A stretch of 64,000 nucleotides of DNA from an uncultured Bdellovibrionales bacterium (GTDB lineage: Bacteria > Bdellovibrionota_C > UBA2361 > OMII01): the NCBI GenBank assembly GCA_964654585.1, contig CAZZJR010000002.1, positions 18,957 to 82,956 of the forward strand. Direction: 5' to 3'. The notes under the pieces were generated by a model. It saw only the letters and a program-made list of their open reading frames with translations. It searched no databases and was not told the origin of the DNA. The translations under genes were made by a program, and so were the position numbers. Positions 19,270-28,051 of the stretch are shown here, in pieces. Every line of letters begins with the position of its first letter. The first letter of the stretch is position 1.

Positions 19270-19998
19270 ATGACAGGCACCCTCCAGACCAACGATGTGA
19301 CGAAACGCTACGGAGGCCGAAAGGTCGTCGATGGAGTATCCATTTCGGTCAAAGCGGGCGAAGTGGTGGGGCTCCTCGGACCAAACGGCGCCGGCAAAAC
19401 GACGACTTTTTACATGTGCGTTGGCCTAGCGGCACCCGATACGGGCAGCGTCACGCTCAATGGAGAAGACATAACACCCGAGCCGATGTTCTCTCGTGCG
19501 CGGCTGGGGATCGGGTACCTGCCGCAAGAGGCCTCCGTATTCCGCAAGCTCTCGGTACGAGACAACGTCATGGCGATCCTCGAGACAATGGAGTTCGGCA
19601 GCCGTGCGGCTCGGGAAGCGCGTCTGACTGAGCTGCTCGACGAGCTCGGCTTGCTTGGGTTGAAAGACAGCATGGCCAGTGCCCTCTCTGGCGGAGAGCG
19701 CCGCCGCGTTGAGATTAGCCGTTGTCTGGCGCGTAACCCGCAGTTCATTCTTTTGGACGAGCCGTTCGCAGGTATCGACCCGCTAGCAATTAAAGACATT
19801 CAAGAGATCGTCTCTGCCCTAAAACAGAAGGGGATCGGTGTCCTTATCACTGATCACAACGTGCGCGAGACCCTCGGAATCTGCGACCGTTCGTACATCC
19901 TCGTCGACGGCAAGGTTCTTGAGGAGGGCTCTCCACAGGAGATCGCTCAATCCGAAAAAGCTCGCCGCTACTACCTCGGCGGAGACTTCGAGCTCTAG
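19270..19998 (+). CDS. lptB: LPS export ABC transporter ATP-binding protein
   Basis: Walker A GPNGAGKTT, signature LSGGERRR, Walker B ILLDEP, C-terminal ARRYYLGGDF. Lies immediately upstream of rpoN. A GTG at 19261 is an alternative start. Confidence 0.88.
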   Translation: MTGTLQTNDVTKRYGGRKVVDGVSISVKAGEVVGLLGPNGAGKTTTFYMCVGLAAPDTGSVTLNGEDITPEPMFSRARLGIGYLPQEASVFRKLSVRDNVMAILETMEFGSRAAREARLTELLDELGLLGLKDSMASALSGGERRRVEISRCLARNPQFILLDEPFAGIDPLAIKDIQEIVSALKQKGIGVLITDHNVRETLGICDRSYILVDGKVLEEGSPQEIAQSEKARRYYLGGDFEL

Positions 19999-20288
19999 CT
20001 CCATTCCAGCCCGACGACCTGAAATCCCGACCCTGGCCAGAACTACCCGTCGTCCCCTCAAATGCTGCTTGGTCGGAATTTACTGCCTCACTAGCGAAGC
20101 CGCGTACAACCTCCCATGGGCGAGGTAACTGATTAAATACACCACCTTTTCTTGGGTGATTTCTGTGTTGGTCGAATTTTGTGCACGGAACTTGCAAAAA
20201 CATCAGCCCCGCTCCCCCACTTTTGTCATCTATTCAGGAAAGGGTTGCCCTACACTGGGGCTCCCACGGAGGTGACAAAAGCCGTTCT

Positions 20289-21761
20289 ATGGGTCTTGAG
20301 ACGAAATTAGTTCAAAAAATGGGGCAGTCGCTTCTCATGACGCCCCAGCTCCAGCAAGCCATCAAGCTCCTTCAGCTCGGCCGGCTCGAATACAAAGAAG
20401 CAATTGAGCGAGAGCTTCTTGATAACCCCATGCTGGAGGAGGTTCGCGACGAGCAAGAAACGCAATCTCTGCCAGCCCCCGATGCCGATTCAGCAGTTGG
20501 GCCAACAGTCACTGCGCCGCTCACAAATGGAACCACCGACGACCAGCAATCGGACCCTGCGCAAGGAGAGCCGAAGGCAGACTGGGAAGACTACTACGAC
20601 TCATTCACTGACTACGAGGGCTCTGCTGGAGCAAAAGGGATCACTCAGTACGACGATCGCCAGCCCCCGGAAGTCGTGGCGACTATCACGGACAGCCTTG
20701 AACAGCACCTCCTTGAACAAGTGCGCATGTACGACTTCTCGATGCGAGACTCCGTCATAGCCCAGAACATCGCTGGCAACCTCACGCGCGATGGCCTCCT
20801 TGAGTGTTCGCACGAGGAGATCGCCGCAATGTGCAGTTGCCCAGTTGATGACGTAGCCGCCGTTGCAGACGCCATGCGTTTCTTTGATCCGATCGGATGC
20901 TGCACCCGCAATCTTCGCGAATGTCTCATAACGCAGCTTGAGGCGCGTGGGCTCGCTAATGGCCTTGAGGCGCGGATTATTACCCTTCACATCGATAAAC
21001 TTGAAAAGCGAAAGTTCGATGCTATCGCGAAGGCCGAGGATGTGACGCTTGAGGAGATCGCGGCGGCCATGAACACCATCCGCTCGCTCGAACCTCGACC
21101 GGGACGCCCGTACTCCGGAGACGCGACCAGGTACGTGATCCCCGACGCCTATGTTCAGAAAGTCGGCGACGAATGGATAGTGGTCCTCAATGAGGATGGT
21201 TTGCCTAAGATCCGCGTCAACCCGTTTTACTCAAGCATGCTCAAGGCGCCAACAGGTGACGCTGCGTCTCACAAGGCTTACTTCACCGAGAGGCTGCGCG
21301 CGGCTTCATGGCTCATCAAGAGCATTCACCAACGTCAGCAGACAATCTACCGAGTGACCGAGAGCATCATGAAGTTCCAGCGAAAGTTCCTCGAAAATGG
21401 TGTGGAAGGCTTACGCCCACTCGTGCTCAAGGACGTCGCTGAAGATATCGCGATGCACGAGTCGACTGTTAGCCGTGTGACCTCTGAGAAGTACGTGCAC
21501 ACTCCGCGCGGCGTGTTCGAGCTGAAATTCTTCTTCACCTCCGGAATCAAGACTGATGGTGGAAGCGATATCTCGTCCTCAGCAGTCAAGGACCGAATCA
21601 AGGCGATTATCGCAGCAGAGTCCCCCCAGAGCCCCGTGAGCGATCAGCACATTGTTGACCTTCTCAAGCAGGACAAGATCGATATTGCCCGTCGCACCGT
21701 CGCTAAGTACCGAGAGACCCTAGGCATTCCCCCATCTTCTCACAGAAAACAGTACTTTTAG
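20289..21761 (+). CDS. rpoN: RNA polymerase sigma-54 factor
   Basis: Region I (LVQKMGQSLLMTPQLQQAIKLLQL), an acidic region II, and the RpoN box ARRTVAKYRE near the C-terminus. The start is set at ATG 20289, not the upstream GTG of the ORF track. Confidence 0.92.
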   Translation: MGLETKLVQKMGQSLLMTPQLQQAIKLLQLGRLEYKEAIERELLDNPMLEEVRDEQETQSLPAPDADSAVGPTVTAPLTNGTTDDQQSDPAQGEPKADWEDYYDSFTDYEGSAGAKGITQYDDRQPPEVVATITDSLEQHLLEQVRMYDFSMRDSVIAQNIAGNLTRDGLLECSHEEIAAMCSCPVDDVAAVADAMRFFDPIGCCTRNLRECLITQLEARGLANGLEARIITLHIDKLEKRKFDAIAKAEDVTLEEIAAAMNTIRSLEPRPGRPYSGDATRYVIPDAYVQKVGDEWIVVLNEDGLPKIRVNPFYSSMLKAPTGDAASHKAYFTERLRAASWLIKSIHQRQQTIYRVTESIMKFQRKFLENGVEGLRPLVLKDVAEDIAMHESTVSRVTSEKYVHTPRGVFELKFFFTSGIKTDGGSDISSSAVKDRIKAIIAAESPQSPVSDQHIVDLLKQDKIDIARRTVAKYRETLGIPPSSHRKQYF

Positions 21762-22077
21762 CTCGGGTCCGCATAAGAGCTTCCAGAGGTCATGCCAGGC
21801 AACCAATCTGCCGAGTTACCTATTGGTGGGTGGTAGAGCAGGTTCACGGGAATTGAGAACACGTCGTTCAAGTAAGCCCATGATCTACCTGCGTTTTAAC
21901 CACATTTCTCTTTACTTTCCTTGAGCATGCTGACTACTTTGATTTGGCTGAATCCGAAGGATCCCAGGAGCAGCGGTTTCTCCGCTGGTTCCGGGGCGAC
22001 TCGGAGCCGCAGCCGTCTTAAAGGTGACGAAGCTTTGAGGGGAGCAGAAACCGCGTAGGCTCGAAAACGGAGGATCC

Positions 22078-22392
22078 ATGAGCAACTCATCTAGAGTGAT
22101 TAACATCAATATCGCTTTCCTAAACGTCGAGGCCACCGATGCCATTAAGCAGTACGCGACAGACAAGGTGAAGCACTGCGTGCAGAAATTCGCTCACCAA
22201 GACACAGAAGCTCACATCGTGCTAAAAGTCGAGAAGACTCGACAGATAGCGGAAGTGTCAATGCATCTCTCAGGGCATGACTTTATCGTGAAAGAAGAGA
22301 GTGACAGCCTCTACGCGTCTATAGACAAGCTGACTGATTCTCTGTCGCAGCAGCTCCGAAAGCACAAAGAGAAAGTCACCAGGCACCATTGA
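22078..22392 (+). CDS. hpf: ribosome hibernation promoting factor (short HPF/RaiA type)
   Basis: About 100-aa S30AE-family pattern (DAIKQYA.DKV.....F......AHIVLKVEK..QIAEVS....G......EES.D.LYASID.L.D.L..QLRKHKEK). Sits in the rpoN-hpf position. Confidence 0.85.
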   Translation: MSNSSRVININIAFLNVEATDAIKQYATDKVKHCVQKFAHQDTEAHIVLKVEKTRQIAEVSMHLSGHDFIVKEESDSLYASIDKLTDSLSQQLRKHKEKVTRHH

Positions 22393-23282
22393 GCAGCTTC
22401 GCGAATTTCGGGCATATCCAGTCCCTGGTCGTCGTCACGGGGCTGTCAGGCGCTGGCAAGTCGTCGGCCATGGACCTCTTAGAGGACTGCGGTTATTTCG
22501 GCGTCGACAACCTGCCAGTGTCGCTGCTCAATAGTTTTCTTCAGCTATCGAAGAGCTCCCCGGAGCGCTACGCGCGCACAGCGCTCTTGCTTGATGTGGA
22601 TTCACAGGAGAGTCGGTCTCAGCTTCTACCGTTGATATGCCGTGAGGGATCGAAGCCCTCCAACCTCAAAGTAATATTTCTCGACGCCGACACGCGCTCA
22701 ATTGTCAGGCGTTACAGCGAGACTCGACGGCCGCATCCTGGCTTCGATCCAGCGAAGGATAAATCCCTGGAGGAAACGATCCAGCGAGAGCGCGCTCGCC
22801 TGCAGCCGATCAAGGAGGCAGCAGACCTCGTTCTCGACACCTCATCGATGAACATCCACGCTCTCAAGCGGGAACTTCGTGATTTTCTCCAAAACCTGGG
22901 GACGGTCTCTGCGCGGAGCATGCTCGTTAATTTCCTCTCGTTCGGCTTCAAGCACGGCACCCCAATCGACTGCGATCTGATAGTGGACGTGCGCTTCCTG
23001 AAGAACCCCCACTTTATTGACGAGCTACGGGATCAAGACGGGCGTGACCAGGCAGTGAGGGATTACGTTTTTTCGTCACCCGACGCCGCCGAATTCGTTC
23101 AGCGCTACGCCGAACTGCTCACATTCTTGCTGCCGAAGTACCAATTCGAGGGGAAGGCATACCTGAATATCGGGGTAGGATGCACGGGCGGCAAGCATCG
23201 TTCGGTAGCTATCGCCGAGGCTCTCAGCAAAACTATCGACCAACAACGGTACCTGGTTAGCGTCAAACATCGAGACATTTAA
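22389..23282 (+). CDS. rapZ: RNase adapter protein RapZ (P-loop NTPase YhbJ family)
   Basis: VVVTGLSGAGKSSAMDLLED.GYF.VDNLP and C-terminal GCTGGKHRSV motifs. The TTG start overlaps the hpf stop codon. Confidence 0.88.
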   Translation: MSSFANFGHIQSLVVVTGLSGAGKSSAMDLLEDCGYFGVDNLPVSLLNSFLQLSKSSPERYARTALLLDVDSQESRSQLLPLICREGSKPSNLKVIFLDADTRSIVRRYSETRRPHPGFDPAKDKSLEETIQRERARLQPIKEAADLVLDTSSMNIHALKRELRDFLQNLGTVSARSMLVNFLSFGFKHGTPIDCDLIVDVRFLKNPHFIDELRDQDGRDQAVRDYVFSSPDAAEFVQRYAELLTFLLPKYQFEGKAYLNIGVGCTGGKHRSVAIAEALSKTIDQQRYLVSVKHRDI

Positions 23283-23573
23283 AGCCCCACGGCACTCCCC
23301 CTGGCCCTAAGAAAACAGCGTAGACCACCGCAAGCCCTGTGTTGACTACAGGTTGAGCACCCACACCACCATGGCCACCAATACTCCGCCGACGTAAGCC
23401 CAGGGACGGTAATGCGCCGCGCTTTTTTGGCCTTCCAGGCCCCATTTTTTGGCATCTTGAAAGGTAGGAGAGCCTCGAACCTCCCGCCTGATTATCACTT
23501 GTTGAACCACTGTTTTTGGTCGTATTCTGGCGCGAAAACCTCCAACCAGAGACAACGACTAGGAGACACACCT

Positions 23574-24749
23574 GTGACATTAAGTAACTTCCTCTTTACC
23601 TCAGAATCGGTCGGTGAAGGACACCCGGACAAGGTTGCAGACCAGCTCAGCGATGCCGTGCTCGACGAGTTCCTGAGGCACGATCCAGCAGCCCGCGTGG
23701 CCTGCGAAACACTTGTCAAAAACGACGTGGTGATACTAGCCGGAGAGATTACGTCAAAGCATGTTGTCAACTACGAGAAGCTAGTGAGAAGTGTCGTCAA
23801 GGACATCGGCTACAACGACGCGAAGCTCGGATTTGACGACCAGGGCTGCTCGGTCATGACGTTTATCAGCCAGCAGTCTCCTGACATCAGCATAGGGGTC
23901 AATGAGCACGAGGGCCTGCACAAGGAGCAGGGTGCCGGTGACCAGGGTTTGATGTTTGGCTTCGCCTGCAACGAGACACCTGAGCTCATGCCGCTTCCGA
24001 TCTCCCTTTCCCACCAAATTATGCGCGCCCTCGCTCGCGACCGTCGCACCCCTCGCGGCAGCTTCCTGAAGCCGGATGCCAAGAGCCAGGTGACGGTTCA
24101 GTACAAGAACGGCCGCCCAGACTCGGTCCACACGGTAGTCGTCTCAACCCAGCATGCTGAGGAGGCCTCACTCAAGCAGGTTGAAGAGTACGTGGTCGAG
24201 AACGTGATCAAGAAGGTTATCCCGGCTCAGTACCTGACTCCCCACACGAAGTACCTCATTAATCCGACGGGGCGCTTCGTTATCGGCGGGCCGGTTGGGG
24301 ACTGCGGACTCACCGGCCGAAAAATTATCGTCGACACGTACGGCGGCTACAGCCGTCACGGCGGTGGCGCGTTCTCCGGCAAGGACCCATCAAAGGTCGA
24401 TCGTTCGGCTGCCTACGCCGCGCGTTACATCGCGAAGAACGTCGTAGCTGCGGGTCTCGCCCAGAAGTGCGAAGTTCAGGTCGCATACGCTATCGGTGTC
24501 GCTAAACCAGTTTCGGTCTATGTCGATACCTTCGGCACGGCGACTGTTCCGGAAGAGAAGATATCGGCGGCAGTACAAGAGATTTTTGACTTAACTCCTA
24601 GAGGCATCATCAAGACCCTCGACCTGCTGAAGCCCATCTACCGCCCGACTGCGGCGTACGGCCATTTCGGCCGCGACCCGGGCGTAGACGGCAGCTTCTC
24701 GTGGGAAAAGACGGATAAGGCTGCGGCACTGAAAGGCGCGCTCGGCTAG
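23574..24749 (+). CDS. metK: S-adenosylmethionine synthetase
   Basis: [38 protein letters not shown] 23574 lies 8 nt after AGGAG. The upstream in-frame extension in the ORF track is not conserved-looking. Confidence 0.92.
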   Translation: MTLSNFLFTSESVGEGHPDKVADQLSDAVLDEFLRHDPAARVACETLVKNDVVILAGEITSKHVVNYEKLVRSVVKDIGYNDAKLGFDDQGCSVMTFISQQSPDISIGVNEHEGLHKEQGAGDQGLMFGFACNETPELMPLPISLSHQIMRALARDRRTPRGSFLKPDAKSQVTVQYKNGRPDSVHTVVVSTQHAEEASLKQVEEYVVENVIKKVIPAQYLTPHTKYLINPTGRFVIGGPVGDCGLTGRKIIVDTYGGYSRHGGGAFSGKDPSKVDRSAAYAARYIAKNVVAAGLAQKCEVQVAYAIGVAKPVSVYVDTFGTATVPEEKISAAVQEIFDLTPRGIIKTLDLLKPIYRPTAAYGHFGRDPGVDGSFSWEKTDKAAALKGALG

Positions 24750-24781
24750 AGCCTCGGGTCAGCCCTCCAGAGAAGGATTCC

Positions 24782-24802
24782 GAAAGGCCACTAAAGCCTT
24801 TC
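24782..24802 (+). terminator. hairpin downstream of metK (possible terminator)
   Basis: GAAAGGC-cactaaa-GCCTTTC, a perfect 7-bp stem 33 nt after the metK stop. It lacks a clear U-tract. Confidence 0.35.
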
Positions 24803-24841
24803 ATACCTTCTTGGCCTCCCCCATACTTCGATGATGCTCCG

Positions 24842-25369
24842 GTGGTGGGAGCGGTACTGGGGGTCGGTATGTCAAAGCGTAATTCTGCCGCGGAATCGAT
24901 GCCGGGAGGCCATTCGGTATGCGTCCCTGTGTCCGAACTTGATACGCGTGACGTGCTGAGCCTTGTCAGCTCGCTAGAGGAGCTGTTAGGGCGGAGAAAG
25001 TGCGAGCTGGGCTCTTCAGCGGCAGTGAGCGCGGCCGAGTTAGGAGTGCCGCTCCGAGTAATCCTGGCAACGGTTCCTGGCTCGGCCGAGCCGGTGGTAA
25101 TGATTAACCCGCACGTGGTCACCCACTCAGCAGAGACAGTCACCGAGCTTTCGACCCCTGGCGAGAGCGGCCTGCTCATCGAATACTTCAAGGCGGTCAC
25201 CGTAAAGTTTAAGGATCTCCGGGGCGAGATGGGAATCTTGCGGGCGGATGAAGGAAACGGCTTGTCGATCGCCCTGCAGCGCTGCCTGCGTGCCCTCGAT
25301 GGGGAAACCGGACCCTCCGATCAGGCGACTACCCCAGAGCCTCAACTTCCCTTGGTGATGAATTCGTAA
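24842..25369 (+). CDS. peptide-deformylase-like protein lacking catalytic motifs
   Basis: Colinear with Def: the LRVI..V....PVVMINP core matches RIIVID...LVLINP. However GIGLAA.Q, EGCLS and QHE.DH are replaced by AVSAAEL, ELSTPGESG and LQRCLRALDG. An alternative start is ATG 24869. Confidence 0.5.
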   Translation: MVGAVLGVGMSKRNSAAESMPGGHSVCVPVSELDTRDVLSLVSSLEELLGRRKCELGSSAAVSAAELGVPLRVILATVPGSAEPVVMINPHVVTHSAETVTELSTPGESGLLIEYFKAVTVKFKDLRGEMGILRADEGNGLSIALQRCLRALDGETGPSDQATTPEPQLPLVMNS

Positions 25370-25378
25370 GGCCTGTGG

Positions 25379-27445
25379 CTAGAACCGGTACCGGATGCCA
25401 GCCATCGCTGAGGCACCCGGGAGCGGCGCCACGTCCTTGGTGAAGGACACCGCATTGCGTGCCTTCTCACTCAGCAGGTTTGTTCCTCGCACGAAAAACT
25501 CCCAGGTCTGAGAGCCGACCGCGAAGTCTCGGCTGTAGTACGCGTTGAGCATCGTGTAGGCAGCCGTCGTCGTCTCATTCTCCGCCACCATATCCTGCGC
25601 GAACACCTGCTGAACTTCCAGACGGACCCTGCCAAGCACGTCGTTTGAGTAGTCGGACCCCATCAACATGCGAAGTGGCGGGATGCGCGGCAGGTAATCG
25701 CCGGTTGTCGAGCTCCGCGCCCAAACGTAGTCCGGCTGGAAGTCGAATGACCATTCCTCTTTTGAGCTGTCGATGACGAAGTACTGTGCCTGAGCCTCAA
25801 ACCCGAGGAAATCTGCCTCGATTTGCTCGAAAGCGTACACTGCCAGGTCGTCTTCCTCTTCTCCGGTGGGATTGAGATTGATGTAGTTCCAGAAGTGGTT
25901 GTAGAAGCCGCCCACCGAGCCCCGGAACTGCCCCGTATTCTTCCGAAGGGTGATGTCGGTACCAAGCGAGCGCTCTGGGTCGAGGTTCGGATCGCCGATC
26001 TCGTAGGCAGCCGTGGCGACGTGCGGGCCATCAGCGTACAGCTCCTGTCCGGTTGGCGCCCTCTGGGTGTTAGCCAGCGAGAGTGCGACTGAATAATCCT
26101 GCGTGGCATCCCAGACGAGGCCTGCCGACTGGCTGAAGGTATTAAAAAATCTTGAGCCGCTATCGAGCCCCGTTCCCAAGAACCCATCGCTCTCGACCGA
26201 TGCCCAATCGAGGCGGCCACCGAGCTGAGCTGTCAAGCTCGGCGAGATTTTGTACTCCTCAAGGTCGAAGAGAGAGTAGGTCGTCGATGTGGTCGGCGGC
26301 TGAAAAGCCTCCTCGCCTTCTGCTTGGAAGTCAGAGTCGATAAACTGTAATCCGAACACGCCCGAGAGATCCCCCACCTTGCGGTGGTTCATGTCGAGCC
26401 GCGCCTCTAGGCCGTTCTGCTTAAACTGTGTGCCAGCTTCTGCGCCCTCGAACTCAGTGTGGTCGTAATCTACTATTCCGGTCCGAAACACTGCGCTATC
26501 CACGAACATCCCTGTGTCGCGCACCCCTGCGCGCACGTCTACACGCCTCCTCTGCGCGTCAACGCTGATGTCCTCTTCGCCGTTTGGCACACCGTAGTTG
26601 GTGTTGTAGTCGTTGACCGATGCTCCCAGGAACCCCTTCTCAAAAATGTACGAGCTGCCGAGGGTAAGTGAGTCGCTGTCCACGTAGCTCCACGGAACTT
26701 TCCCCTGAGGCTCTGGATAATCGAGCGGGTCCGTCTCGCGCAGCTCCGGAGTGCGGGCGTAACCTGGGATATGGTAGTCATCGCTGCGGCTCTTGGCCCC
26801 ATCGATGTGGAACATGAGTGGTCCCGCTGGCGCGTTGAGCGCGAAGAGCCCCGAGCGCTCTTCATCCACACTCTCACCCCTGATCTCAGCGGTACCGCTG
26901 AGAGGCGAGGTCTGGAGTTGCTCGGGGATCCGGTTATCGAAGACGTTGACCAATCCGCCAACAGCGCTTGTTCCGTACAGGAGCGCCGCAGGCCCACGAA
27001 TAATCTCAATTCTGTCGACCAATGCAGACTCAACCGTAACTGCGTGATCGGGGCTGACGTTCGAGATATCGAGTGTCCCAATTCCATTTTCAAGGATTCG
27101 CACCCGGTCACCCGAGAGACCTCGAATTACTGGCCGTCCAGCACCTGGGGCGAAAGACGACGAATTGACTCCTGGCTCTAGAGCCAATGTGTCACCGAGG
27201 GAATTTCGCGCCTTAAGGTCCAAATCATCGCCGGAGAGAATCGAGACTGGCTGCGAAGACGAGAAGAGAGTCTCTTTGAGGGGCGAAGACTCTATCACTA
27301 TGCGGTCAAGTCGGTACTCTTCCTTGTCTTGCTCGAATGCCTGGTTTGTTTCAGGAGTCTGCGCAACCGCCTCGACGGCCAAAAAAACAGTGCCGAGCAA
27401 TGTAGCCCGAGCAACGATGGATATCTGTTTGAGAAAAGCTGACAT
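25379..27445 (-). CDS. TonB-dependent outer-membrane receptor
   Basis: Signal peptide, plug-domain motifs (IEIIRGPAALLYGTSAVGG), a long beta-barrel region, and a terminal aromatic residue (..AGIRYRF). Start chosen at ATG 27445 (MSAFLKQ). Confidence 0.88.
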   Translation of the reverse strand: MSAFLKQISIVARATLLGTVFLAVEAVAQTPETNQAFEQDKEEYRLDRIVIESSPLKETLFSSSQPVSILSGDDLDLKARNSLGDTLALEPGVNSSSFAPGAGRPVIRGLSGDRVRILENGIGTLDISNVSPDHAVTVESALVDRIEIIRGPAALLYGTSAVGGLVNVFDNRIPEQLQTSPLSGTAEIRGESVDEERSGLFALNAPAGPLMFHIDGAKSRSDDYHIPGYARTPELRETDPLDYPEPQGKVPWSYVDSDSLTLGSSYIFEKGFLGASVNDYNTNYGVPNGEEDISVDAQRRRVDVRAGVRDTGMFVDSAVFRTGIVDYDHTEFEGAEAGTQFKQNGLEARLDMNHRKVGDLSGVFGLQFIDSDFQAEGEEAFQPPTTSTTYSLFDLEEYKISPSLTAQLGGRLDWASVESDGFLGTGLDSGSRFFNTFSQSAGLVWDATQDYSVALSLANTQRAPTGQELYADGPHVATAAYEIGDPNLDPERSLGTDITLRKNTGQFRGSVGGFYNHFWNYINLNPTGEEEDDLAVYAFEQIEADFLGFEAQAQYFVIDSSKEEWSFDFQPDYVWARSSTTGDYLPRIPPLRMLMGSDYSNDVLGRVRLEVQQVFAQDMVAENETTTAAYTMLNAYYSRDFAVGSQTWEFFVRGTNLLSEKARNAVSFTKDVAPLPGASAMAGIRYRF

Positions 27446-27456
27446 CGGATTCTCTC

Positions 27457-27843
27457 TCAAACATCCACCGCGCATGAACCGCAGCTTCCGTACAGCATTA
27501 CTTCATGACGCGACACGCTGAAGCCCTGTGGGAGATGTGGCTCAACGCGTAACCCGCAGCCAGGGATGTCGTACACACGCCTGCAGCTGTTGCACTGAAA
27601 ATGATGGTGGTGGTGCGCTGCCTTGGAGTGGGGCTCGTACCGATCTCCTTCTCCCGGCACCATTACCGGAGCGAGGAGACCCTCCGCCACCAGCCCTTTA
27701 ATGACTCGGTACACCGTTCCTAAACTAAGACGCGGGACTCTCCGCTTTGCTAGTGCGAGCACCTCTTGGGGAGACACTGGCCGGCCTGCACCATCGATCA
27801 CTGCCTGAATAATGCTCTTCTGAAGAGTATGCCTGACTGCCAT
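27457..27843 (-). CDS. Fur-family metalloregulator (Zur-like)
   Basis: Winged-helix N-terminus (LGTVYRVIKGL), a His-rich HHHHHF.C..C motif and a terminal C..C pair. Lies 11 nt upstream of the TonB receptor on the same strand. Confidence 0.82.
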   Translation of the reverse strand: MAVRHTLQKSIIQAVIDGAGRPVSPQEVLALAKRRVPRLSLGTVYRVIKGLVAEGLLAPVMVPGEGDRYEPHSKAAHHHHHFQCNSCRRVYDIPGCGLRVEPHLPQGFSVSRHEVMLYGSCGSCAVDV

Positions 27844-27881
27844 AAATACCTGTATAGAATGGGTTTTATAAAACTCCCGCT

Positions 27882-27903
27882 ATTAATAACTCGTTATCAA
27901 TAA
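27882..27903. promoter_or_regulatory. candidate Fur/Zur operator in the divergent promoter region
   Basis: AT-rich imperfect palindrome ATTAATAAC-TC-GTTATCAATAA, with core ATAAC/GTTAT at 27886..27897. It lies between the Fur-family gene and the SulP gene. Confidence 0.45.
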
Positions 27904-28051
27904 GCGATCAATACTCTGGGGAGAATTAATTGGTAGGCGTAGCTACAACAGATCGGGCCAACTCACCTCGAGCACAACAAATCTACGAGTTGAAAAAAGA
28001 GTGCCCGCGTGGAACAACCATCAGAATCTTACCCAGCCGGTCAACGCGCTC

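Noticed and set aside
23346-23555. A minus-strand 69-aa ORF ending in a hydrophobic tail (..[22 protein letters not shown]), possibly a small tail-anchored membrane protein.
   Set aside because: It has no RBS, the N-terminal two thirds are Arg-rich and of low complexity, and there is no in-frame ATG near the hydrophobic segment. The evidence is insufficient to call a gene.
23283-23573. A possible SAM riboswitch in the 290-bp region upstream of metK.
   Set aside because: I looked for the SAM-I core (GGUGGAGGGA...GCCC...AGAUGAGA-type elements) and the SAM-II/V AAAGCU pseudoknot elements and found neither. An Rfam scan would be needed to exclude other classes.
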